Source: an uncultured archaeon
GTDB lineage: Archaea; Iainarchaeota; Iainarchaeia; Iainarchaeales; CSSED10-239
Assembly: GCA_964591795.1 (NCBI GenBank)
Contig: CAZQEL010000001.1
Span: forward strand, 1-32,000
Direction of reading: 5' to 3'
Length of the DNA: 32,000 nucleotides
Shown here: one piece after another, positions 24,946 to 32,000 of the stretch
How positions within the stretch are numbered: the stretch's first letter is position 1
Layout: every line of letters begins with the position of its first letter
Notes under the pieces: generated by a model
What the model was told of the DNA's origin: nothing
Database searches by the model: none
Seen by the model: only the letters and a program-made list of their open reading frames with translations
Program-made: the position numbers and the translations under genes

Positions 24946-25219
24946 GATTAAACACCTGTTTTAAAATAACTATATTGATAAATGCTTTTGATTTAAGTTA
25001 AAATTAAGTAAAAAGATTGATAAGTATAATATGTATTTCTTAGATACATTTAACGGTACAGATAAATAGAGAGATGATAATAAAAGCATATACTAATTAG
25101 CTAACAAAAACTTTATAAAGGGATGTGTTTTTTTCCTCAAAAATAGGGTTATTTTTATTTTTAAATAATTATATAGTTAAAGGTAATTAACTATATATTT
25201 ATTAATATAACTAAATACT

Positions 25220-25227
25220 TTTAAATA
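25220..25227 (+). promoter_or_regulatory. TATA box (TTTAAATA) for the KaiC-like gene
   Basis: It lies ~57 nt upstream of the ATG at 25282, with an AAGGTG SD in the predicted leader. Confidence 0.35.
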
Positions 25228-25281
25228 ACTTACTATTCATATATATTAATATTATATTTTATATAAGAAGGTGTTTAAAAA

Positions 25282-25992
25282 ATGGAAAGAGTACCAACAG
25301 GCGTTTTAGGCTTTGATGAATTAATAGATGGGGGAATCCCAAAAGGAGCAACTGTTCTTGTATCAGGTGGAGCAGGTTCAGCCAAAACTATTTTTGCAAC
25401 CACATATATTTACGAAGGTGCTAGAAAGTATGGAGAACCCGGACTTTTTGTAACTGTAGAAGATAATTTAAAGAATATCGTATGGAACATGGAAAGTTTT
25501 GGATGGGATATTAAATCTTTAGAACAAAGAAATCTAATGAAAATATACAGAATGCATATCGATCCAAGAAAACCAGTTGAACCACAAATTGATAAAGAAC
25601 TTGATATAATTACTTCAATGGTTAAAGATATTGGAGCTAAAAGACTTGCAGTAGATTCAACAACCGCTTTTAGTGCATGGATAAATGATGCAGGTAAACT
25701 TAGAAATCTTTTATTTAGATTTTCAGATTATTTAAAAGATTTAGATTGTACAACCTTATTAACATCAGAAACTGCTGGTGGCCCTCACGATTTTTCAGCA
25801 TTTGGTGTTGAAGAATTCGTTGTGGATGGAATTTTCATGCTTTATTTTATACCACCACACAGATCAATTTTTATTAGAAAGTTAAGAGGTACAAAACATT
25901 CTCAAAAAGTACATCCTTGTTTTATAACTCCAAAAGGAATTGAAATTAACCCACATGATGAAATAATGTGGTCTTCTATTAAACAATATTAA
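25282..25992 (+). CDS. Single-domain KaiC-like RecA-superfamily ATPase
   Basis: 236-aa ORF with a KaiC-family N-terminus (RVPTGVLGFDELIDGGIPKGATVLVSGGAGSAKTIFATTYIYEGARKYGEPGLFVTVED...SFGWDI) and a Walker-B-like motif (RLAVDS). An AAGGTG SD lies upstream. Confidence 0.8.
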   Translation: MERVPTGVLGFDELIDGGIPKGATVLVSGGAGSAKTIFATTYIYEGARKYGEPGLFVTVEDNLKNIVWNMESFGWDIKSLEQRNLMKIYRMHIDPRKPVEPQIDKELDIITSMVKDIGAKRLAVDSTTAFSAWINDAGKLRNLLFRFSDYLKDLDCTTLLTSETAGGPHDFSAFGVEEFVVDGIFMLYFIPPHRSIFIRKLRGTKHSQKVHPCFITPKGIEINPHDEIMWSSIKQY

Positions 25993-26024
25993 ATATTTAA
26001 TATTGTTTTTCTTTTTTTTATTTT
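25981..26024 (+). terminator. Stop-codon-embedded perfect palindrome plus T-run after the KaiC-like gene
   Basis: A 28-nt perfect palindrome (AAACAATATTAAATATTTAATATTGTTT, 25981-26008) contains the TAA at 25990-25992. It is followed by TTCTTTTTTTTATTTT. Confidence 0.45.
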
Positions 26025-26197
26025 CAAATATATTTAAACAATAAAATTCTAATAATTTATATGTATCCTGATATCTAAAATAATAATAGTTTTGTATTAA
26101 AAAGTGTAACAGAACACTTAAATAAACATGAAAAAAACTATAATGTACTTGATTTTTATAAAATTAATTAAAATTAAAAAAAGAAGTTATTAATCAA

Positions 26198-27937
26198 TTA
26201 AACGGATTTTTGTAAATTATAAAATCTTGACATTTCTTCAAGACTAGTTGTTTCTTTTTCTTGTTTATCAACTCTATATTTTACAAATCTAGGAAATCTT
26301 AATGCCAAGGTTTCATTTGAATTTAATAAAGGAGTAGTGTGCACTGAACTTATTGTAATATCATCAAAATTAATCTCAACTATAATCTTTGGAATAACAT
26401 AAAAATCAGGTTCTGTATTTGTAACAAGATCACTTGGTTTTTCAACAATAGTTAAATTCTTTAAAGTTTCTGATAATTCTTTTAAAACTTCGTCTTTAAG
26501 ACCACTACCTAATTTAGCAAGTGTATAGTATTTATTAGTAGCATTATCATATATTCCTACTAAAAGAGCTCCAATACCAGTGATGGTTCGTTTACCTTGT
26601 CCATAAAATGCACCTAAAACAACAGCATCTATAGTATCCATAGAACCATTATAGGATTTTTTAAATTTAATCCAATTAAACCCACGTGATCCTGCACTAT
26701 ATCCAGAGTGTAAGTCTTTTGCAATTATTCCTTCAAAACCATTATTTATTGATTCATTAAAGAAATTTTCTAAATCACCAAGATTATCTGTAGTAATACA
26801 TTTTGTAGGAGTAACAACTGGAGGATAATTAAAATTTTCTTCAATTAGTTTTCTACGTTCACTAAATGGTTTAAAAAGAACTGTTTCTTTTTTAAAATAA
26901 ATAATATCAAATACTTTTAAATGAAGTGGTAATTCTTTTGATTTCTCTAAAATATCATATTTTCTTTTTCTTTGCATTGTTATTTGAAAAGCATAATATT
27001 TATTATTTTTTGAATCAAATGCAATTGCTTCAGAGTCAATTATAAAATCATGTGGTATACTTAAGGCATTTGAAACAATATCTGGAAACATAGAAGTCAT
27101 ATCTTCTTCGTTTCTTGAAAAAATTTTTACTTTCTCTTTAGATTTATGAACCTGCATTCTAAATCCATCAATTTTATAATCAACTAAAAAAGAATTTTCT
27201 TTTCCTAATCTATCATAAATGTCAACTAAACTTTTACATCTTTCACAAAGTGCAGGCTTAACTGGAATAAATAGTTCAACTGATAAATTTTTAATACTAC
27301 TAAGCCCTTTTTCTTTAAATTTATGTGCTAATAGTCCAAGATCTGAAATTAAATTATATTTTTCTAATAATAATGATCTTGCTTCTTTTTGTTCTTCTTC
27401 TTTTAAAAAAAGAGAAAGGGCATCAATTAAGGTTGCATCTGAAAAACCAAGTCTTAATGAAATAGGAAATCTAACAATATATTTTGCAGATCTTAAATCT
27501 GAATTATAAAGAATTGATTCAAAAAGTTTTATTTTAGTATCAATTGCACCCTTACCATCAATTAAAGTCATTCTTTCAAAAGTAGAATAAATTTCTCTAA
27601 ATGATTGTTTTTTTGAAAATAAAGTTTGTTGTGTTTTTTTTGATTTTAAAGTATCAATAACAAGACCTAAATCTCCGAGTTTTTTAAAGTTTTCAGAAAT
27701 AGTACTTTCAGTATGTCCAAGATATCTAGAAATTACTGAAATTAAAGTAGAAAGCCCAATATTTATTTCTTTACCTTGATATTTAGGTCCAATCTTACCC
27801 TGACAAAAATAAACTAAACTTGCTATGTCTTCAGAATTACATCTTAAAAAAAGCTCAGAAAGAATTGAAGCCATTTCAAGACGACTTGATGTTTTTTCAA
27901 GTCTTTCAAAATATCTTGTAATTAAACTAAAATCCAT
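26198..27937 (-). CDS. lig: ATP-dependent DNA ligase
   Basis: 579-aa ORF with adenylation motif I (DYKIDGFRMQVH), later motifs EGIIAK and NWIKFKK, and an OB-domain C-terminus (LRFPRFVKYRVDK). Confidence 0.95.
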   Translation of the reverse strand: MDFSLITRYFERLEKTSSRLEMASILSELFLRCNSEDIASLVYFCQGKIGPKYQGKEINIGLSTLISVISRYLGHTESTISENFKKLGDLGLVIDTLKSKKTQQTLFSKKQSFREIYSTFERMTLIDGKGAIDTKIKLFESILYNSDLRSAKYIVRFPISLRLGFSDATLIDALSLFLKEEEQKEARSLLLEKYNLISDLGLLAHKFKEKGLSSIKNLSVELFIPVKPALCERCKSLVDIYDRLGKENSFLVDYKIDGFRMQVHKSKEKVKIFSRNEEDMTSMFPDIVSNALSIPHDFIIDSEAIAFDSKNNKYYAFQITMQRKRKYDILEKSKELPLHLKVFDIIYFKKETVLFKPFSERRKLIEENFNYPPVVTPTKCITTDNLGDLENFFNESINNGFEGIIAKDLHSGYSAGSRGFNWIKFKKSYNGSMDTIDAVVLGAFYGQGKRTITGIGALLVGIYDNATNKYYTLAKLGSGLKDEVLKELSETLKNLTIVEKPSDLVTNTEPDFYVIPKIIVEINFDDITISSVHTTPLLNSNETLALRFPRFVKYRVDKQEKETTSLEEMSRFYNLQKSV

Positions 27938-27957
27938 TATTTTTACCTTTTTAAAAA

Positions 27958-29421
27958 TTAATAAGTTCTACCTACATAAACTATGCTTTTAGCTTTATTT
28001 TTACAAATAATACAAACATCAGATTCATCAGCTTCTTCTTTATAATCCATTCTAACTCCTCTAATATCTCCACCCTTTGTTTGTGCTTTAAGTTCTTCAA
28101 AGCAAGACTTACCATCCATTTTAATTGAACAAAAAGGCACTCTAGCAACTTTATTTTCATCTAAAACTTCATTAAGATCTTCCATTGTTGAAACAGATAA
28201 TATTTTATTATCAAATGCACTATCTGCTTGTTCTCTTAAATTACCTAAAAACTCATTTTCAATAATTTTAATTTCATCAAAGATATCAGCAACATATACT
28301 TTTTTCTTTTCATTTAAATCTCTTCTAAAAAGTACAACAGATCCTGCAAAAATATCTTTTGGACCTACTTCAATTCTTATAGGTACACCTTTCATTTCAT
28401 AATGTGTAAATCTTTCTCTTGGTGTTTTTTCAGTTTGATCATCTATCTTAACTCTATAACCAAGTTTATCTAAATCTTTAGCAATTTCAATACAAAATGA
28501 TTCTAATTTTTGATTATCAAAATCACTAAAATATAATGGAGTTATAATTATCTGTATTGGTACTAAATCAAAAGGAATTCTTAAACCTAAACTATCACCA
28601 TGAACACAAATCATTCCACCATATATTCTCGAAATTGCTGGACCATAACATGTTCCAAAAGGATGTTTTAAAGAATCATCTTTATCTTTAAACTTAACAT
28701 CAAAAGTTTCAGTAAATTTAGTTCCTAAAAGATGAGTTGATGGAAGTTGTAATATCTTACCATTATTTAAAATTACATCTGCTGCAAAAGTATCCATTGC
28801 TCCAGGAAATTTATCCCATTGTGGTCTTTTAAAAAATATGAATGGAACAGCAAATTCTCCATGAATAATATCTTCAGTAATTTGCATATCTTCATACACT
28901 TGTTTAACAGCATCTTCTAAAGTTTCAAAAATATTATGAGATTCATACCAATAAAATTCTCTACCTCTTAAAAAAGGTTTTGTGGCTTTTGAATCATATC
29001 TAAAAACATTCGCTCGTTGATATGTCTTAAGTGGTAAATCTCTATAACTTTGTATCCAATATTTAAACATATAATAAAAAGCAGTTTCAGAAGTTGGTCT
29101 TAATGCATACTTTTGTTCAAAGTCTTCATCACCATGTTTTGTAACCCAAAATACTTCTGGACTAAAACCTTCAATATGTTCTGATTCTTTTAAAAAATTT
29201 TCTTCAGGTATTAATGTTGGCATAATCACTTGTTGATGACCAGTTTCATTAAATTTATCTTCATATATTCTAAACATTTTACTTATTGAAAAAACTGACC
29301 AAGGACGAAATACAGTAAACCCTTTTAAGTTATATCTTATATCAATAAGCTCAGCTTTAAAGATAATATCATTAAACCATTCGTTTAAATCTTCTATTTT
29401 ATATTTTTCTGATGAAGGCAT
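27958..29421 (-). CDS. proS: Prolyl-tRNA synthetase, archaeal/eukaryotic type
   Basis: 487-aa ORF with class II motifs (FRPWS..., LRPTSET, NVFRYDSKATKPFLRGREF) and a C-terminal Zn-binding domain ending in ...CIICKNKAKSIVYVGRTY. A GTGAT SD and a TTTAAATATA box lie upstream. Confidence 0.93.
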   Translation of the reverse strand: MPSSEKYKIEDLNEWFNDIIFKAELIDIRYNLKGFTVFRPWSVFSISKMFRIYEDKFNETGHQQVIMPTLIPEENFLKESEHIEGFSPEVFWVTKHGDEDFEQKYALRPTSETAFYYMFKYWIQSYRDLPLKTYQRANVFRYDSKATKPFLRGREFYWYESHNIFETLEDAVKQVYEDMQITEDIIHGEFAVPFIFFKRPQWDKFPGAMDTFAADVILNNGKILQLPSTHLLGTKFTETFDVKFKDKDDSLKHPFGTCYGPAISRIYGGMICVHGDSLGLRIPFDLVPIQIIITPLYFSDFDNQKLESFCIEIAKDLDKLGYRVKIDDQTEKTPRERFTHYEMKGVPIRIEVGPKDIFAGSVVLFRRDLNEKKKVYVADIFDEIKIIENEFLGNLREQADSAFDNKILSVSTMEDLNEVLDENKVARVPFCSIKMDGKSCFEELKAQTKGGDIRGVRMDYKEEADESDVCIICKNKAKSIVYVGRTY

Positions 29422-29460
29422 AGTTAATCACATATATTTGCAATATATTATATAGTTCAA

Positions 29461-29470
29461 TATATTTAAA
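29461..29470 (-). promoter_or_regulatory. TATA box (TTTAAATATA) for the proS-lig operon
   Basis: It lies ~44 nt upstream of the ATG at 29421. The 10-mer and its flanks match those at 4171-4180. Confidence 0.4.
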
Positions 29471-29620
29471 AAAGAAACTGTTCTATAAATAAATATTATG
29501 TTTTTTTAATAAAAATTATCTTTTTCTATGTAAGTATAAAAAATTACAACTAAAATTTTTAAGACTTTAATTATTTTTAATTTTATATATTTAAATTATT
29601 TTTAATAGCATTAATATTTT

Positions 29621-30256
29621 TTACTTAACATTTAATTTTTGTTTAATCAAATCAATATTATTTGCAAAAATAGTAAATTTAGTAAGATAATCAGTATGTT
29701 GGTTTAAAATTTTATTTTTTAAATTTCTCTTTTTTTCATGATAATAATTAAGATTATCAGTTACATTTCCTGCAGCATCTTTATCACCTGCTTTAAGATA
29801 ACTTCTTTTTAAATATTCTGCATTTTTACTTAATAGCTTATAATCTACATCTACATGAATATAATTATCAATTAATTTAATTATTTGCTTAGAAGAAGTA
29901 TTTAATTTTTCTAAATATAAAAAATAAGCTTTATGTCCACTACTCATATGTTTAGAATTATTTTTTAATTTAAAAGATGCAAGTTCACCTTCAATTAATT
30001 TAAGTCTATTTTTAATATAGTCTTTAGATAATTTTAATTTATTTTTATCAAAATTACCATAACTTTTTTTCAATAATTTAATTGTTTTTTCTTTAATAGT
30101 ATAGAAATCTAATTCTGCATATATTTTTTTTAATTCAGAATGCAAAACAGAATTATAAGTTTTATTTTTAATAATAGATTTTTTTAATTTAATTTTAGAA
30201 TTACTAAATAAATTTAGTTCTAATTGCTTTATATTAACTTTTTTTTTAGCAACCAT
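29621..30256 (-). CDS. Hypothetical Lys-rich, probably helical or coiled-coil protein
   Basis: 211 aa counted from the ATG (MVAKKKV...); the ORF-track TTG start is at 30265. No recognisable motif. It lies between tRNA-Pro and proS. Confidence 0.5.
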   Translation of the reverse strand: MVAKKKVNIKQLELNLFSNSKIKLKKSIIKNKTYNSVLHSELKKIYAELDFYTIKEKTIKLLKKSYGNFDKNKLKLSKDYIKNRLKLIEGELASFKLKNNSKHMSSGHKAYFLYLEKLNTSSKQIIKLIDNYIHVDVDYKLLSKNAEYLKRSYLKAGDKDAAGNVTDNLNYYHEKKRNLKNKILNQHTDYLTKFTIFANNIDLIKQKLNVK

Positions 30257-30286
30257 ATAAATCAAATTTTATTGAAAATGAAAAAG

Positions 30287-30360
30287 TGGGACTGCCCCGA
30301 TTTGAACGGGGGTCGTAAGCTCCCAAAGCTTAAATGCTAACCAGGCTACACCACAGCCCC
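30287..30360 (-). tRNA. tRNA-Pro (anticodon UGG)
   Basis: The reverse complement GGGGCTGTGGTGTAGCCTGGTTAGCATTTAAGCTTTGGGAGCTTACGACCCCCGTTCAAATCGGGGCAGTCCCA folds as a cloverleaf. The acceptor stem has 7 bp (GGGGCTG/CAGTCCC, one G-U). The anticodon stem is TAAGC/GCTTA with loop TT-TGG-GA. The T arm is CCCCG-TTCAAAT-CGGGG. The discriminator is A and no CCA is encoded. It is the only GC-rich island nearby. Confidence 0.9.
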
Positions 30361-30466
30361 AATATTTTCTGTAGTATAAATATATAGAAACAATAGGTTT
30401 ATAAATAAATATATTTTTATTCAAAATACATTACAAAATTAAAGTTTAATAAAATTAATTTGTACT

Positions 30467-31600
30467 TTAATTTAAATACCATAAATTCCAATATTTATTA
30501 AAATAAGTTGAATATTTATTAGCAACATCTTTATCATAAACAATAACTAATGATTCATCATTGTTACTCACACCATTATTTGATAAGTTCATAGACCCAG
30601 TAATAATTATTGAATTATCAATAACACAAAACTTATTATGCATACTATTTGGATTTTTATCTAAAATAACTGGAATGTTGTTATTTATAAAATTATTATA
30701 CTGAGAATAAGTATTAATATTTCTTTTTTCTAAAATATATTTTTGATCTATTTTTTTATTTTTAATAATATCAAAAAATTCATTTAAGGTAAAACTAAAA
30801 TACATGCATTCAAGTGAATAATTTGCATCATCAATAATATCTAACAAATGATATAAACAATTATCTTCAGGACAAAAATAACTTTCAACATTTCCAAAAG
30901 TTTTAATATCAATTGAATTAATTAATTCTGGAGAAAAAATCCCATTGAAAAAAGAATCTATCTTTTTGGTATAATCTTTAGCAAGTTCTTTATCTTGGAA
31001 AACAATTACATTATTATTGTTTTTATAATTTCCATTTAAAGTAAAATTCATGGACCCAACCCAAACTATTTTTTCATCAAAAACACAAAATTTATTATGC
31101 ATATATGATGATTCTGAATCGTTTGTAATTACAGATACATTTGAGTCTTTTAAAACACCAATCATTGATTCTTTTGCTTGTAGTCTTCCATAGTCAGAAA
31201 CAAATCTAACCTTTAAACCTTCTTGTGATTTTAAAATTAAAGAATCAGTTACAGTTTGTAAAGAAAGATCGTAAACCGCACAATCAATTGTTTTTTTAGA
31301 ACTATCAATTAAAGTTATTAATTCATCCAGACAATTATCTTCAGGACAAAAGTAAACCTGGGAAGAAATATTTCTATCAGATGAACCATATAAAACTCTT
31401 GATTTAATTGAATCATAGGAATTTAAAGTACCATTTACAAAGTTACCATCTGTAACACTTTCATAGGTATTGTCTAACTTATCAACAGTTTTATCAGCAA
31501 GTCCATCAAGTCCAAGTTTATCTGTTGAAAAATAGGATGTTGCAACTAAAAATATTACAACTCCAATTAAAATTAAAGTAATTATTTTTGTAAAATTCAT
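30467..31600 (-). CDS. Membrane-anchored phospholipase-D-superfamily protein with two Nuc-like HKD domains
   Basis: 377-aa ORF with an N-terminal TM anchor (IITLILIGVVIFLVATSYF). Two modules each begin with YFCPEDNCL and carry an HKD motif (YMHNKFCVFDEKIVWVGSMNFTLNG; SMHNKFCVIDNSIIITGSMNLSNNG). An AGGTG SD lies upstream. Confidence 0.8.
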   Translation of the reverse strand: MNFTKIITLILIGVVIFLVATSYFSTDKLGLDGLADKTVDKLDNTYESVTDGNFVNGTLNSYDSIKSRVLYGSSDRNISSQVYFCPEDNCLDELITLIDSSKKTIDCAVYDLSLQTVTDSLILKSQEGLKVRFVSDYGRLQAKESMIGVLKDSNVSVITNDSESSYMHNKFCVFDEKIVWVGSMNFTLNGNYKNNNNVIVFQDKELAKDYTKKIDSFFNGIFSPELINSIDIKTFGNVESYFCPEDNCLYHLLDIIDDANYSLECMYFSFTLNEFFDIIKNKKIDQKYILEKRNINTYSQYNNFINNNIPVILDKNPNSMHNKFCVIDNSIIITGSMNLSNNGVSNNDESLVIVYDKDVANKYSTYFNKYWNLWYLN

Positions 31601-31623
31601 ATTATTTATAGCACCTAATATTT

Positions 31624-32000
31624 TTAATTAATTTTACCTTGAAAAAGGAAATTTCCTCCACCCTTAATTGTTTTTTTAAGTTTTTGCTCAAGTTCTTTTT
31701 TTACATCATCAATTGTTTTCAGTGAATTTTCACCCTTGAAAATAAACACATTACCATTATTATTATATATTGCAATAGTTTTGTCTTTTACTTTTTCAAC
31801 AGTTTGTAATTTTTTAAATATTTTTAATATTTCTTGAGAATCTAAATTAAACTTAGCAATAACAACCTTATCATGAGTATTAATAATATGATTACTTTCA
31901 TAGTCAGCAATTCTTTCTCTTAAAGAATTAATTTCTTTTCTTTGTTCTTTCCATTCTTTAAAAAAGTTATTTGCAGTTTTAAAAAGTTCAACTTTTGAAA
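31624..32000 (-). CDS. 3' end of a CDS running off the window; probably the alanyl-tRNA synthetase C-terminal (DHHA1-like) region
   Basis: My own translation of the minus strand gives ...EWKEQRKEINSLRERIADYE...VVIAKFNLDSQEILKIFKKLQ...TIAIYNNNGNVFIFKGENS...KKTIKGGGNFLFQGKIN followed by TAA at 31624-31626. A coiled-coil segment, then a domain ending in GGG..(A/F)QG, resembles the AlaRS C-terminus. Confidence 0.45.
   Translation of the reverse strand, partial: SKVELFKTANNFFKEWKEQRKEINSLRERIADYESNHIINTHDKVVIAKFNLDSQEILKIFKKLQTVEKVKDKTIAIYNNNGNVFIFKGENSLKTIDDVKKELEQKLKKTIKGGGNFLFQGKIN

Noticed and set aside
25055-25075. GATGATA resembling a C box in the rpoH / KaiC-like intergenic region
   Set aside because: It mismatches the RUGAUGA consensus. 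No downstream CUGA D box or terminal stem was found.
27219-27509. 96-aa plus-strand ORF inside the DNA ligase gene
   Set aside because: It is antisense to the ligase near its adenylation motif I region (KIDGFR), so it is a shadow ORF.

Overview
This is a very AT-rich archaeal chromosome segment (composition judged by eye, not computed). It is densely coded and almost entirely transcribed on the minus strand. The backbone is the conserved archaeal transcription/translation supercluster, read right to left: rpoH, split rpoB (B'' then B'), rpoA', rpoA'', rpl30e, rps12, rps7 and, further on, fusA (aEF-2). The backbone deviates from the canonical layout in three places. (1) A membrane-anchored orphan ORF sits between rpoA' and rpoA''. 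(2) The slot normally held by nusA contains an unrecognisable 85-aa basic ORF. (3) A ~5.5 kb accessory cassette with its own promoter separates rps7 from fusA. It encodes a 253-aa orphan, a possible 45-aa ORF, a 1276-aa PpsA/rifampin-phosphotransferase-like multidomain protein and a coupled SAM methyltransferase. The left end carries a four-gene envelope operon (small CARDB-like protein, two half-size RND/MMPL exporter genes with an ATGA overlap, and a triple-CARDB surface protein). It also carries archaeal D-aminoacyl-tRNA deacylase (DTD2), a DXR-like ORF that appears to have lost its cofactor and metal motifs, and a 70-aa repeat protein that is about half Lys/Arg. The right end carries an orphan single-domain KaiC-like ATPase, ATP-dependent DNA ligase, archaeal-type ProRS, tRNA-Pro(UGG), a membrane-anchored double-HKD (Nuc/PLD-like) protein and the 3' end of a probable alaS. 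Split RpoB, GGTGA-type Shine-Dalgarno sites, Lys-rich extensions on universal proteins and the absence of nusA here suggest a reduced-genome (DPANN-like) archaeon, but this is inference. No rRNA, CRISPR array, transposase or integrase was seen. All homology statements rest on motif recognition by eye, not on searches.
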